DNA from: Methanothrix sp.
Lineage (GTDB): Archaea > Halobacteriota > Methanosarcinia > Methanotrichales > Methanotrichaceae
Direction of reading: 5' to 3'
Assembly (NCBI GenBank): GCA_037128175.1
Contig: JBAXWY010000004.1
Location: forward strand, 76,555 to 140,554
DNA: 64,000 nt
Part shown: one piece after another, positions 20,136-30,709 of the stretch
Position numbering within the stretch: the first letter of the stretch is position 1
Layout of the letters: each line of letters opens with the position of its first letter
Program-made: the position numbers and the translations under genes
The notes under the pieces: generated by a model
Told to the model about the DNA's origin: nothing
The model's database searches: none
What the model saw: the letters and a program-made list of their open reading frames with translations, nothing else

Positions 20136-20938
20136 TGGATCACCTCTGTTGCAGAACGGTTAGCCCAGCACTGAAAGTTTATGGCTACGGGCAAAGAGGC
20201 AGTATGGCAGCAGGCCGTCTCGATTTTTATGCCAAGAGCGGTTGTGTCCCCGCCCAGGCCCATGGGGCCGATGCCAAGTGAGTTGATCCTCTCCAAGAGC
20301 TGCAGTTCTTCCTGGGATTCGCCGGGCATGTTCAGCAGAGCCCGCTTGGCCAGGCGCGCTGCCAGGTCGAAGCTGCCGCCCAGACCAATGCCCAGGAAGA
20401 GGGGGGGGCAGGCATTGGCAGCCCGCTTCGCAACGCTCTTCACAATGAAATCAAATGGATCGTCGGCCGGATTGAGCATGCCAACCAGGCTCATGTTCTC
20501 CGAGCCTGCCCCTTTGGGAAAGGCAGTGAGCGTGAGGGCCCGGCCATCTACATAATCCAGAATAATATCGGGCATGCCTGTACCGGTGTTGTCTTCGCTG
20601 TTCTTGCGGGTCAAGGGATGGACGGCATTGGGGCGCAGTGGAATCATTCTGGTAGCGATCCTTACACCTTCCGCGAACGCTTCAGAAAGGCTGAAGTCCA
20701 AAATCAGTTCCCGGCCCATTTGCACATGAAATATGGCAAGTCCCGTGTCCTGGCAGAGAGGCAGGCCTTTGGCCTTGGCAATCGCCACATTCTCCAGCAT
20801 GAACTGCAGATGGTGCCGGGCTAAGGGATGACTCTCCCTAGCCGCAGCATCTTCGATTCTCTGCATGACCCAATCGGGCAGAGACGTTTCCGCTCTTTGC
20901 AAGGCACGCACCGTGGCCTCTACCACCTTTTCTCTCAT
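20132..20938 (-). CDS. Fe-S hydro-lyase (class I fumarase/tartrate dehydratase) alpha subunit
   Basis: PLCQDTG, KGAGSEN, ACPP, GIGPMGLGG, HTASLPVA..QCWA.R. Confidence 0.92.
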   Translation of the reverse strand: MREKVVEATVRALQRAETSLPDWVMQRIEDAAARESHPLARHHLQFMLENVAIAKAKGLPLCQDTGLAIFHVQMGRELILDFSLSEAFAEGVRIATRMIPLRPNAVHPLTRKNSEDNTGTGMPDIILDYVDGRALTLTAFPKGAGSENMSLVGMLNPADDPFDFIVKSVAKRAANACPPLFLGIGLGGSFDLAARLAKRALLNMPGESQEELQLLERINSLGIGPMGLGGDTTALGIKIETACCHTASLPVAINFQCWANRSATEVIQ

Positions 20939-21669
20939 GCCTTTCGCCCCTTCTTGCCCGGTTCGATCTTGATGGGCCGGGACTGCTCGGGCAGCCGAAG
21001 GTTGGTCAGCTTGCCCAGAGCTCTTTCCATGGCATCTTTGTGCAGGTCTCCTGAGGTGTGGATGCCTCCCGGAGTTCCGCGCACGGCGCGACAGGGATAC
21101 TGCTGGCAGAAGAGACCGGTCATAGACGCCGCTTCCTCCACGGTCTTTCCCACTATGCCCGCTGCGGCATGCCAGGTGGCTCCGCAGGGCGAGCCGCGCA
21201 CGACTTTAACTCGGCTGATGCGACCGTCCTTGGTCTCCACCTCCAGCTCCGGTTTTCCCAGCTTCCGGGCAAACTCATCGAGGACGGGAACGCCGCACTC
21301 TTCCAGGGTGCAGCAGATCTCATCCACCTCGATATGGATGCCATACTTCTCTGCGATACTCTCCAGCTCGCCGATGGAACCGGCCCGGCCCATGCCTCCG
21401 GGAATTATGGCCGCTTTGACTCCGCCCTTCGCCGCCAGGCGCACGATCTCCGGAGTCAGGTCGGGGTGAAAAGTATAGAGAATGAGCAGGTCCACCTGGA
21501 AGATCCTGGGATCAAGGTTTAGCTCTTTGACAAACTCTTCCGGATCCTCGATGAAGCCGGGCAGCACCTGGGGAACCTCGACGGAGAAGACTGCAAAGTC
21601 AGTTCTAGTCTTGATGGTCTCCAGCAGGCGCTCGCCGTACTTTCCTCTTTTAACTACGCCAACCAGCAT
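20935..21669 (-). CDS. DUF166 family protein
   Basis: HPDL, ICC.L, G.P, V.RGSPCGATW, YPCRA, IH. Confidence 0.8.
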   Translation of the reverse strand: MLVGVVKRGKYGERLLETIKTRTDFAVFSVEVPQVLPGFIEDPEEFVKELNLDPRIFQVDLLILYTFHPDLTPEIVRLAAKGGVKAAIIPGGMGRAGSIGELESIAEKYGIHIEVDEICCTLEECGVPVLDEFARKLGKPELEVETKDGRISRVKVVRGSPCGATWHAAAGIVGKTVEEAASMTGLFCQQYPCRAVRGTPGGIHTSGDLHKDAMERALGKLTNLRLPEQSRPIKIEPGKKGRKA

Positions 21670-21787
21670 GGATCAAGTGATGGATGCCAGGTGTTAATAG
21701 AGATTTGTAGAGGCATTTGTGATCTTCTTTCGGGACAGGGCCATCCTGGTGGTTTAATATCGTAGCAATTGCATTAACCGTTCGGAA

Positions 21788-23125
21788 ATGAGCGAAATAG
21801 AAACAAATATCCCTTCCGTCCTTATCGCAGGCACCCACAGCGGCGTGGGCAAGACCACAGTTACCCTGGGCCTCATGGCCGCGCTTCGCGCTCGCGGCCT
21901 GAAGGTACAGCCCTTCAAGGTGGGCCCGGACTTCATCGACCCGTCTCATCATACCGCCATCTGCGGGCGGCCCTCGCGCAATCTCGATCCCTTCATGATG
22001 GGCGAAGAGGGCGTGCGCCGCTCTTTCTCCTCGGCCCTGCAGGATGCGGATGTAGCCGTGGTGGAGGGGGTTATGGGCCTTTACGACGGCATGGACGGAA
22101 CCGAGGTCGCCAGCAGCGCAGAGGTCGCCAAGATCCTGGACCTTCCGGTTCTGTTGGTCATTAATGTGCACGGTATGTCGCGCAGCGCTGCGGCTATGGA
22201 GAAAGGCTTTGCAGAATTTGACAGAGGCGTGCGCCTGGCTGGCACGGTCCTCAATCAGGTGGGAAGCGAGCGTCACCTGGCCATGCTGAAAAGCTGCCTG
22301 GACAAGCCCGTCTTCGCCGCTCTGCCGCGAGAGAGGGAGATGGAGATGAAGAGCCGTCACCTGGGCCTGGTGATGGGCTTTGAGAAGGAGCACGATGTTG
22401 CCGCTTTAGCCGCCTTGCTGGAAAAGCATGCAGCCATCGACGAGATCCTGAAGCTACGCCCTCCCGCCTGTCCAGCTAAGGGGGAGTTGGCTGATGCAAA
22501 GAAAACCGTCCGCATTGGCATTGCAGAGGATGAAGCCTTCTGCTTTTATTACTACGAGAACCTGCGCGAATTGGAAAGGCGAGGCGCAGATCTGGTCTTT
22601 TTCAGTCCGCTAGATGACAATCTGCCCGATGTGGACGGCCTTTACATCGGTGGGGGCTATCCGGAGCTACATGCTGCCCGTCTGGAGAGCGCCCCCGCCA
22701 GAAGAGAGATTAAGCGGGCCTCAGAAGACGGCATGCCCATTTATGGAGAGTGCGGCGGCCTGATGTACCTGGGCCGCGCCATCGAACTGGAGACCGGCAC
22801 TTTTAGAATGGTGGGGGCGCTGCCCGGCTCTACTATCATGACGAAGCGGCTTCGGGCTTTGGGGTATGTCCAGGCAGAGGCAGTAGGGCAAAATCCGGTA
22901 GCAGGGCTTGGCAAGACCCTTCGTGGGCACGAGTTTCATTACTCACGCTTTGACTGCGACAGGGACGCTCGCTTCGCTTACCGTTTATGCAGAGGCAAAG
23001 GCATCCAGGACGGCCGGGACGGCCTGGTGGAGCACAATACAATTGGTGGGTACCTGCATGCTCATTTCTATTCTTTTTCTGTGGACCGGTTCATAGAGAG
23101 TTGCAAGAACTACCGGAGAACATAA
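21788..23125 (+). CDS. Cobyrinate a,c-diamide synthase family (CbiA/CobB, or F430 enzyme CfbB)
   Basis: SGVGKTT, FKVGPDFIDP, EGVMGLYDG, SRHLGL, GGGYPE, ECGG.MYL, GHEFHY. Confidence 0.93.
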   Translation: MSEIETNIPSVLIAGTHSGVGKTTVTLGLMAALRARGLKVQPFKVGPDFIDPSHHTAICGRPSRNLDPFMMGEEGVRRSFSSALQDADVAVVEGVMGLYDGMDGTEVASSAEVAKILDLPVLLVINVHGMSRSAAAMEKGFAEFDRGVRLAGTVLNQVGSERHLAMLKSCLDKPVFAALPREREMEMKSRHLGLVMGFEKEHDVAALAALLEKHAAIDEILKLRPPACPAKGELADAKKTVRIGIAEDEAFCFYYYENLRELERRGADLVFFSPLDDNLPDVDGLYIGGGYPELHAARLESAPARREIKRASEDGMPIYGECGGLMYLGRAIELETGTFRMVGALPGSTIMTKRLRALGYVQAEAVGQNPVAGLGKTLRGHEFHYSRFDCDRDARFAYRLCRGKGIQDGRDGLVEHNTIGGYLHAHFYSFSVDRFIESCKNYRRT

Positions 23126-23402
23126 GATTACAAAAATTATTTGCGGTTAACTTCTTAAAATCAGTTTTCTGAGAAAAATGCACTATTTCTATCTGAAAAA
23201 TAATTTTAATTTTAATATTTATTCGTACATGATGCATAATTAAATGTTATGAATAGTATCTTATCGTTTCCTATTTAGTGAAAATACATTGATTATTGAC
23301 CAACGCCCTTTGCATTCTAAAATATATAGATTCAGTCTGGAGAAAAGTTTAAATGCAGGTCCATGTTTATACCTGCCAATTAACGTAAATGGAGTGTTAA
23401 CT

Positions 23403-23639
23403 ATGAGCAAAATAACAAGTGGAATTGTGCTCTTCTCTCTCCTGATGGCTCTCTCTTTGGGAGTTGCCTTCGCAGAGTCCGAAGTTGCTGCTACTGAGAA
23501 TGTAACAGAGAACGCTACCAACAACACAACCATCAACACGACCATAAATACAACCATAAACACAACCATCAACGAGACTGAAAACGCGACCATCGAGACA
23601 GAAACCAAGACCATCGAGACCGAAACTATTACCAAATAA
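23403..23639 (+). CDS. Small secreted Thr/Asn-rich peptide
   Basis: Signal peptide ending AFA; NTTI x4. Confidence 0.75.
   Translation: MSKITSGIVLFSLLMALSLGVAFAESEVAATENVTENATNNTTINTTINTTINTTINETENATIETETKTIETETITK
23523..23570 (+). repeat. 12-bp tandem repeat x4 encoding NTTI
   Basis: AAYACRACCATM x4. Confidence 0.85.
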
Positions 23640-23827
23640 GAGTAATTATATCTCGGCGTGATTAAAACAGTCTTCATTGGCGAGATATCAAGGCAGGTTT
23701 TCCCTGCCGATCAACTTTTCTTGATTTTAAGATAAAAGGATTGGTAACTTAACTAGTATGATTAATGAATGTAAAAGTCTTTTTAGAAAGGCTTATATTT
23801 TTCTGAGAAAAAAGCATTGTTTGAGGT

Positions 23828-24535
23828 ATGAATATGAGAAGCCTAAATGCGTTGATACTATTAGCAGTATTAGTGACCTTATCATCTGGGCCCGTCCTGG
23901 CACAGGATGCCCTAAATATCACAAATGACATGAATGCCACAAATGAGACGATTGCCGCAGACGTCGCTCCAGTCGTTGAAGCTGCCGCCCCTCTGACGGA
24001 AACCGTGCAAGCGGCAGAAGTTATCCAAAAAGAGACAGCATCAAGGTTCAAACAGCTCTCCACCTTTGTTAAGGGAGACACTACAATCCTTGGAAAGAGC
24101 ACGGCCCAGGAATACATGGATGTGTCTAAGACCGCTAACCGAGATACCGTATTCACCCGTGAGGCGGGCGCTTCCACTCCAGCCGTGAAGGTTGGCATCA
24201 CCAAGGTAAACACGGCAGAAGACAAGTACGTCCAGGTGACCAATAAGGCAGTTGGATCCTGGGACCTGGCAAGATGGACCCTGGCCTCGGCCGGAAACAC
24301 CACCTTCACCTTCCCGGCGCTGACCCTGGAAGAGGAAGACTCTGTGCGCGTCCATGAGGGTGAGGGTGTGGGCAGCTTGACCGATATCTACACCAATGGC
24401 ACTGCTCCGCTCTGGATCGATAACCTGGTATCCTTGCAGGATGCCGATGGAAGTATCATATCTACTTATGATGTCTCCACAGCTCCAGCAGCAGGCGCGT
24501 GGGTCGATCCTCTGGCCAAGCAGATCCAGTACTAG
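23828..24535 (+). CDS. Secreted lamin-tail-domain protein
   Basis: Signal peptide; YV.VTN.....DL..WTL......FTFP..TL.....V.VH.G.G. Confidence 0.85.
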   Translation: MNMRSLNALILLAVLVTLSSGPVLAQDALNITNDMNATNETIAADVAPVVEAAAPLTETVQAAEVIQKETASRFKQLSTFVKGDTTILGKSTAQEYMDVSKTANRDTVFTREAGASTPAVKVGITKVNTAEDKYVQVTNKAVGSWDLARWTLASAGNTTFTFPALTLEEEDSVRVHEGEGVGSLTDIYTNGTAPLWIDNLVSLQDADGSIISTYDVSTAPAAGAWVDPLAKQIQY

Positions 24536-24582
24536 ATACAGTTGGCCGCAATTCTAGGTCGGCATATCTCTTTTTTTTAATG

Positions 24583-24772
24583 CATTTAGCAACTATTCAG
24601 CTCTGCCCACTAATGGTTTCCCTTCAAAGGCTCCCTGAATAGCGTCGATAACTGAGATTGATGTACCTGATTAGACTATTTCTGGGGGAGATCCAGAACG
24701 AGGGCCTGACTGCCTGCCAGTTGACCCTCGCATCTGGTGTTGAATGGACGCATGGAATAACCAGTTATTCCA
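24583..24772 (+). ncRNA. Candidate multi-branch structured RNA between convergent genes
   Basis: Six compatible helices plus a terminal 9-bp hairpin (see findings). Confidence 0.4.
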
Positions 24773-24886
24773 ATATACTTTTCTTTAATCAACCAATATT
24801 TACTTAAATGTTTCGGGACTGCACAGTATCCCGGCAGGATTCATCTCTGTGGTTAAACTTCGATTGACGGTTCGCTTTTTGATGCT

Positions 24887-26041
24887 TCATTGCAAAAGCC
24901 CGATCGCCTCGATCTTCGTCCCGGACTCCAGGCCGTAGTCCTTGATTCTCTGCAAAGTATGTCCTACCATTCCCCCGGAGGTCATGATGAGGGAGCTCTT
25001 GCCGATCAATGCTTTGAGGATACACTTGTCGATAACGCCGTAGGTAAAATTTATTGTGATGCCGCACTTCTCCGCCATGACCTTGGCACTGGTACCCATC
25101 GCACCCTTAAAGTCGACCGGAATCTTATCGAACATGGCCCGAATCTCTGCCCCATCTTTCTCATCTACGTTGCAGATGTAGATTTTACCCCAAACCCCGG
25201 CCCGCGCCCCCGCCTTTGGTTGCAAGAGGTCGCAAAGCTCAAGGATGTTCCTGGGCGGCTTTGATCCTCTGGCAATGCCCCTTCCGGCCAGCTCCTGGTA
25301 GAGGTCCACCACGAGGGGAAGCTTGAGCCGGGCATCCCTTATCAGCCCGGCATCTCCGAATACCTCCTGTGCCGTGCCCCGGCGCACCACCCCACCCTCC
25401 TTCATGAGGATGACCTCATCTGCCCAGCGGTAGGCCAGGTCCACATCATGAGTGGAGATGATCAATGTCTTTCCGCCTAAGTTCAGCTCATCGAGCATCT
25501 CCATGATCTCTTCCGAGCTGGCTGGATCGAGGTTGGAGGTAGGCTCATCGAGAATAATCACCTCCGGCTCCATGGCCAGTATGCCGGCAATGGCCACCCG
25601 CTTCTTCTCGCCGCCGCTCAGGTGATGAGGTGGACGGCGCTCATATCCAAATAGGCCCACGTACTGCAGGGCAAAGCCCACGTACCTCTTCACCTTCTCC
25701 GCAGCGTAGCCCAAATTGGTAGGGCCGAAGGCCACGTCCTGGTAGACGGTAGGCGCAAAGAGCTGGTCGTCCGAATTCTGGAAGACCATGCCCACGGCTC
25801 GGCGGATGGATCGCAAACTTACGGCATCGTAACTCATGGGCCGGCCCCGGAAGAGAACTTCTCCTTCACGAGGCCTCAGGATGCCGTTGAACATGAGCAT
25901 GAGTGTGGACTTACCGGCCCCATTGGGCCCCACCAGAGCCACCTTTTTCCCCGCCTCCAGAGAGATGCTCACATCCAACAGAGCCCCGGTCCCGTCTCCA
26001 TAGGAATAGCTGAGACATCTGGTTTCAAGGATAATCGTCAT
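24887..26041 (-). CDS. cbiO: Co/Ni ECF transporter ATPase with C-terminal extension
   Basis: GPNGAGKST, FQNSDDQLF, LSGGEKKR, LDEPT. Confidence 0.93.
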   Translation of the reverse strand: MTIILETRCLSYSYGDGTGALLDVSISLEAGKKVALVGPNGAGKSTLMLMFNGILRPREGEVLFRGRPMSYDAVSLRSIRRAVGMVFQNSDDQLFAPTVYQDVAFGPTNLGYAAEKVKRYVGFALQYVGLFGYERRPPHHLSGGEKKRVAIAGILAMEPEVIILDEPTSNLDPASSEEIMEMLDELNLGGKTLIISTHDVDLAYRWADEVILMKEGGVVRRGTAQEVFGDAGLIRDARLKLPLVVDLYQELAGRGIARGSKPPRNILELCDLLQPKAGARAGVWGKIYICNVDEKDGAEIRAMFDKIPVDFKGAMGTSAKVMAEKCGITINFTYGVIDKCILKALIGKSSLIMTSGGMVGHTLQRIKDYGLESGTKIEAIGLLQ

Positions 26042-26048
26042 AGTAGCC

Positions 26049-26831
26049 TCACAGGAGCAGGACGCTCCTGGTTAAAACAGCGATGGCTGTAGCTGCGGCC
26101 AAATATGCTGCTACCGCAAGAATCGCTCCGGGCTTCGCCCCCTCAGTCTGCTCCATGAGATCGAGCTTGCCGTCGTAACAGCGGGAGTCCATGGCCACGA
26201 TGAGCCTCTCCCCCTGCTCCCAGGAGCGGAGGAATAGAACGCTGCAGAGCATGGCAAAAGAGTTCAGGGAATTTTTTGTTCCGGCATCTCCCAGGCGCAT
26301 CATCTGGGCGCTGTGGATCATAGCCGCCTGGTCCAAAAAGACGAAGATGTATCGATAAATCATCATGGACAGTTCAATGACCGACTGCGGTATGTGCAAC
26401 GTTTTGAGCACGGCGAATATCTCAATCATGGGCGTGGTTAAAGCTATGAAATACAAAGAGCACATGCCGCCAAAGGTCCGGGCGATAAGAAGAACGGCCA
26501 GGTTTGCTCCTTCCTCTCGGATGGCCAAATTAAGGCAGAAGAGTTGCACGGAAAATAGTGTCTGGCCGCTGCCATGCATGAAGGCCACCACGCCGGCGCT
26601 AAGCATTGCGAAGGAGAGGGGCACCAGCAGCAGCCGGGAATAGATGCGTCCGGGAATTTTGGCCAGCATCACAGTTATCAGGCTCATGGTTATGGCCACG
26701 AATAAAGGCGCGACCGGAGTCGAGGATGATACGCAAAGGAGAATGGCCCAGAGGCCCAAGAACAATTTGAGCCGGGCACTGGTCTCACGCAGGGCGTTGC
26801 TAATGGCGTAGTCGTCGAGAAGGTTATGCAT
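26049..26831 (-). CDS. cbiQ: Co/Ni ECF transporter T component
   Basis: IYRYIF, AQ..RLG, AMDSRCY. Confidence 0.92.
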   Translation of the reverse strand: MHNLLDDYAISNALRETSARLKLFLGLWAILLCVSSSTPVAPLFVAITMSLITVMLAKIPGRIYSRLLLVPLSFAMLSAGVVAFMHGSGQTLFSVQLFCLNLAIREEGANLAVLLIARTFGGMCSLYFIALTTPMIEIFAVLKTLHIPQSVIELSMMIYRYIFVFLDQAAMIHSAQMMRLGDAGTKNSLNSFAMLCSVLFLRSWEQGERLIVAMDSRCYDGKLDLMEQTEGAKPGAILAVAAYLAAATAIAVLTRSVLLL

Positions 26832-27153
26832 CCGACTTTCCTTCTTGCTCCGGGGCAGATTTATCTGCTTTTATCTTGGACATAGCCCGGTAGTAGCCTA
26901 AAAAATAGCCGATGATGAGACTGCCGATAGCTGCCTGCAGGGCAAAGAGAAGGCTCTCGATCTCGCCACTGGGAGGCTGGTAAATGGACTGGAACCATGG
27001 AATGTATGTGCCGCCGGTAAGAATGGAAATCACATCCTCTGCTTGGCTGTCTGCTCCACTCCACTCGTGATTTTGGGTAGAGCTGACATAAGCAAAGGCG
27101 GCGATGAAGAGCACGATGACGCTTAAAGTTAAAAGCTCCAGTTTTATTTTCAT
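26824..27153 (-). CDS. cbiN: Cobalt transport protein CbiN
   Basis: GADS.A, PWF...PPSGEIESLLFALQAAIG. Confidence 0.95.
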   Translation of the reverse strand: MKIKLELLTLSVIVLFIAAFAYVSSTQNHEWSGADSQAEDVISILTGGTYIPWFQSIYQPPSGEIESLLFALQAAIGSLIIGYFLGYYRAMSKIKADKSAPEQEGKSDA

Positions 27154-27845
27154 GTCAAAGCCTCCTTCAGCTTTTTTATCGTATTTTGGGAGACCACGTT
27201 CATTCTCACCAGCACATCGCTTCTCAGTTGAACGATGTATTTGAACATTAATGCCGTCACCATTCCTTCCACTATAGCCAGGGGAATCTGGGTTATGGCA
27301 AAGACGGCGGCAAATGCCTCAAAAGAGGCCAAGACTCCACCAGAAGTCGCCGGAAAGGCCAGAGCCAGCTGGACAGATGTGACAAGATAAGTGGCCCAAT
27401 CAGCCAATGTCGCAGCCAGGAAAACAGCCAGATACAGATGCAGCCTGACTTTTGTGGCGGCTTTGTAGACCAGGTATCCGACAGCAGGACCGGCAATGCC
27501 CATGGAAAAGGTGTTGGCCCCGAGAGTGGTCAGGCCGCCGTGCGCCAGAAATACTGCCTGGTAGACCAGAACGATCATGGCCAGGACCGATGTTATCCAG
27601 GGGCCGAAAATTATGGAGCCCATTCCCGTACCGGTGGGATGAGAGCAGCTCCCAGTAACGGAGGGCAGCTTCAGAGAAGAGAGGACGAATACGAAAGCAC
27701 CGGCCACGGCCAGCAAGGGCAGAGTCTCACGACTCTCCTTGATCATCCTGTTCATTTTGTAGACACCAAAGGCAACTACTGGAAGGGAGAGCAGAAACCA
27801 GATCTCCCACCAGGGATGAGGAAGAAAACCCTCCATTATGTGCAT
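27150..27845 (-). CDS. cbiM: Cobalt ECF S component CbiM
   Basis: MHIMEGFLP N-terminus, GSCSHPTG, AHGGLTTLGAN. Confidence 0.96.
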   Translation of the reverse strand: MHIMEGFLPHPWWEIWFLLSLPVVAFGVYKMNRMIKESRETLPLLAVAGAFVFVLSSLKLPSVTGSCSHPTGTGMGSIIFGPWITSVLAMIVLVYQAVFLAHGGLTTLGANTFSMGIAGPAVGYLVYKAATKVRLHLYLAVFLAATLADWATYLVTSVQLALAFPATSGGVLASFEAFAAVFAITQIPLAIVEGMVTALMFKYIVQLRSDVLVRMNVVSQNTIKKLKEALT

Positions 27846-28019
27846 TGCAATGGCAAAGATATTCTGCCATATAAAGTTTTCTTGTGTTAGGATCAGATAA
27901 GTTTAACAAAGTGATAAATCTACCGATGCATCACTAAAACAGAAAAATCTCATATTTCATCAGTTTCGCTCCAAGCATGAATCGCACTTAAATATTCAGC
28001 CTGTGCAAAGGAATCCATC

Positions 28020-29225
28020 TTGACCCAGATATTCACAGTCACCGACCTGAATCAGAGGATAGCAGACCGCCTGGAGAACGATCCCCGCCTTCACGACCTC
28101 TGGGCACGAGGCGAGGTCTCCAACTACCTGCATCACCGGTCGGGGCACAGGTATTTCACCCTCAAGGACCAGGGCTCTTCCATCTCCTGCGTTCTCTTCA
28201 AAGGCAGCGCCCTCTCCCTGGACATTGAACTGAAGGACGGCACAAATGTTATGGTATTCGGAGACGTTGCCGTTTACAGGCCGCAGGGCAGAGTACAGCT
28301 GGTAGCTCGCGGCATAAAGCAGGATGAGGGGCTCGGTTTCCGGCACCTGCAACTGGAGGCGCTAAAAAAGAAGCTGGCTGGAGAGGGGTTATTCGCCCTG
28401 GAGAGAAAGCGGGCGCTGCCTTTGTATCCGGAGCGGATCGGCATTGTCACCTCGCCCCAGGGAGCGGCACTGCAAGATGTTCTGCGAACCTTAGGCTCCT
28501 ATCCCGCCCGAATCATCCTCTCTCCGGCCCAGGTGCAGGGAGAAGGAGCTGAGGAAAGCATTGCCTCTGCCATACTGGCCCTGCAAGGCCGGGCTGATGT
28601 AATCATAGTATGTCGCGGGGGCGGTTCGACTGAGGATTTGTGGTGCTTCAACTCTGAAATCGTAGCCCGTGCCATATTCGCCTGCGACGTGCCAGTCATC
28701 TCCGCAGTCGGGCACGAGACGGATGTAACCATTGCCGACTATGTGGCGGATACGCGAGCAGCGACACCTACCGCTGCGGCGAAGATGGCCGTGCCTGATG
28801 TGGAGGAATTGAAGGAGCGGCTCGCTACCACCCAGGTCAGAATAATGCGAGCTCTCTGGACAAACCTGGAACGAAAAGAGGAGCGTCTGGAATATTTAAA
28901 GCACAATGTCTCCGCCAAAAGGATGTACTCTCTGGCGCGAGATGCTCGCCAGCGACTGGATATTCTTTGCCAAAGCCTGGATGCCGCTCAGGCGGATAAG
29001 ATGCTGGCCCTGAAAAGCCGTCTGGAGCTGGCCAAAGGGCGCCTGACGGCTGTGGGGCCGCGGGCCACCCTTCTGCGGGGCTATGCCATCGCACGCTCAG
29101 AGAAGGGCCTGATACTGCAAGCCCAGGACGCCCGGCCCGGTGAAGAGATAGAGTTGATCTTAGGGAGAGGAAGGCTGCGGTGCAGGGTGCTGGAATGCCG
29201 GGATGATGAAGAGGCTTCACTATGA
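28020..29225 (+). CDS. xseA: Exodeoxyribonuclease VII large subunit
   Basis: GEVSN, SGH.YFTLKD, RGGGS.EDLW.FN, SAVGHETD, TPTAAA. Confidence 0.95.
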   Translation: MTQIFTVTDLNQRIADRLENDPRLHDLWARGEVSNYLHHRSGHRYFTLKDQGSSISCVLFKGSALSLDIELKDGTNVMVFGDVAVYRPQGRVQLVARGIKQDEGLGFRHLQLEALKKKLAGEGLFALERKRALPLYPERIGIVTSPQGAALQDVLRTLGSYPARIILSPAQVQGEGAEESIASAILALQGRADVIIVCRGGGSTEDLWCFNSEIVARAIFACDVPVISAVGHETDVTIADYVADTRAATPTAAAKMAVPDVEELKERLATTQVRIMRALWTNLERKEERLEYLKHNVSAKRMYSLARDARQRLDILCQSLDAAQADKMLALKSRLELAKGRLTAVGPRATLLRGYAIARSEKGLILQAQDARPGEEIELILGRGRLRCRVLECRDDEEASL

Positions 29226-29431
29226 AGAAGAATGAGATGGGCCTGGAAGAGGCACTGGACAGTCTGGAGCAGATTGTAGAGGTGCTGGAAGAAGGAAAGA
29301 TGACTTTAGAGGAGAGTTTGGACCTGTATGAAAAAGGCATGAAGCTGGTCAAGCTCTGCAATGCCCGGTTGGAGGGCGCACAGAGAAGGATAGAGTCACT
29401 TACCGGAGAGCTGCCCACCGATCTGAGCTGA
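29222..29431 (+). CDS. xseB: Exodeoxyribonuclease VII small subunit
   Basis: LE.IV..LE.G...LEESL..YEKG..L...C...L..A. Confidence 0.93.
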   Translation: MKKNEMGLEEALDSLEQIVEVLEEGKMTLEESLDLYEKGMKLVKLCNARLEGAQRRIESLTGELPTDLS

Positions 29432-29512
29432 TAAGTTTAAATACAACCAATGATGTACTTTTTCATACATCATAGTATTGATTAGTACATTTAAAAGCAA
29501 GCCGGTGATCCT

Positions 29513-30709
29513 TTGCATACAGAGATATCCGAAAAAGCAGCAGTCAAGTTCGGCAGGTACGGGGGCCTCTTTGTGCCCGAGACGCTGGTGCCGCCTCTGG
29601 CGGAGCTGGCGAAAGCTTACCAGCGCCTCATGAAGAGCGAAGATTTCAAAGAAGAGTTGAACCTGGCTCTTAAAACCTTTGCCGGTAGGCCGACCCCCCT
29701 CTACTATGCCCGAAACCTCAGCCAAAAACTGGGTCGCAAGGTCTACCTGAAGAGAGAGGATCTGGTGCACGGCGGTGCGCACAAGCTCAACAATACCCTG
29801 GGCCAGGCACTGGTGGCCAAGAAGATGGGCAAGACCCGGCTCATCGCTGAAACGGGCGCCGGCCAGCATGGCGTGGCCACGGCCATTGTAGGAGCCAATC
29901 TGGGTTTTGAGACCCAGGTCTACATGGGCGAGGTGGACATCGAGCGGCAGAAGATGAATGTCTACCGCATGCAGCTCATGGGGGCAGAGGTCATACCCGT
30001 GCGCTCCGGGTCGCGGACCCTCAAGGACGCCATCAACGAGGCCATGCGAGACTGGGCATCCAGCTTTGATCAAACCCATTATCTGCTGGGCACGGCGGCG
30101 GGCGCTCATCCCTTCCCCAGCATGGTGCGCGACTTTCAGAGCGTCATAGGCAAAGAGGCGAGAAGCCAGATCCTGCAAGCAGAAGGCCGACTGCCGGACA
30201 GCATTACGGCCTGCGTGGGCGGAGGCAGCAATGCCATGGGCATCTTCGCTCCATTCCTGCTGGACGAGGACGTTCGGCTTTTGGCTGTGGAGGCGGGCGG
30301 ACGAGGCCTTGGCAAGACGGATAGAATTGCGGACCACGGAGCCAGTCTGGGTCTGGGCACAGACGGCATTTTGCATGGCGCTCTAACCAAAATTTTGCAG
30401 GACCCCTACGGCCAAATTCTGGAGTCCTATTCCGTGGCGGCAGGCCTGGACTATCCCGGTGTGGGCCCGGAGCTGGCTTTTTTGGCGGAGAAGGGGCGCG
30501 TGCTGACCAGGATCGCTGATGATAAGACGGCCATGCGAGGATTTCATGCCCTCTCCAAACTGGAGGGCATCATCCCGGCTCTGGAGTCGGCGCACGCCGT
30601 GGGCTATGCCCTGCAGGAGCCGCAGGCCCTGGGAGATCTGGCCATCATCAATATCTCCGGTCGCGGTGACAAGGATCTGGCAACGGTGATGGACTATGAA
30701 AATCTCTGA
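29513..30709 (+). CDS. trpB: Tryptophan synthase beta chain
   Basis: [42 protein letters not shown]. Confidence 0.97.
   Translation: MHTEISEKAAVKFGRYGGLFVPETLVPPLAELAKAYQRLMKSEDFKEELNLALKTFAGRPTPLYYARNLSQKLGRKVYLKREDLVHGGAHKLNNTLGQALVAKKMGKTRLIAETGAGQHGVATAIVGANLGFETQVYMGEVDIERQKMNVYRMQLMGAEVIPVRSGSRTLKDAINEAMRDWASSFDQTHYLLGTAAGAHPFPSMVRDFQSVIGKEARSQILQAEGRLPDSITACVGGGSNAMGIFAPFLLDEDVRLLAVEAGGRGLGKTDRIADHGASLGLGTDGILHGALTKILQDPYGQILESYSVAAGLDYPGVGPELAFLAEKGRVLTRIADDKTAMRGFHALSKLEGIIPALESAHAVGYALQEPQALGDLAIINISGRGDKDLATVMDYENL

Noticed and set aside
24583-24772. Cobalamin riboswitch near cbiMNQO
   Set aside because: Lies downstream of the operon and lacks B12-box motifs
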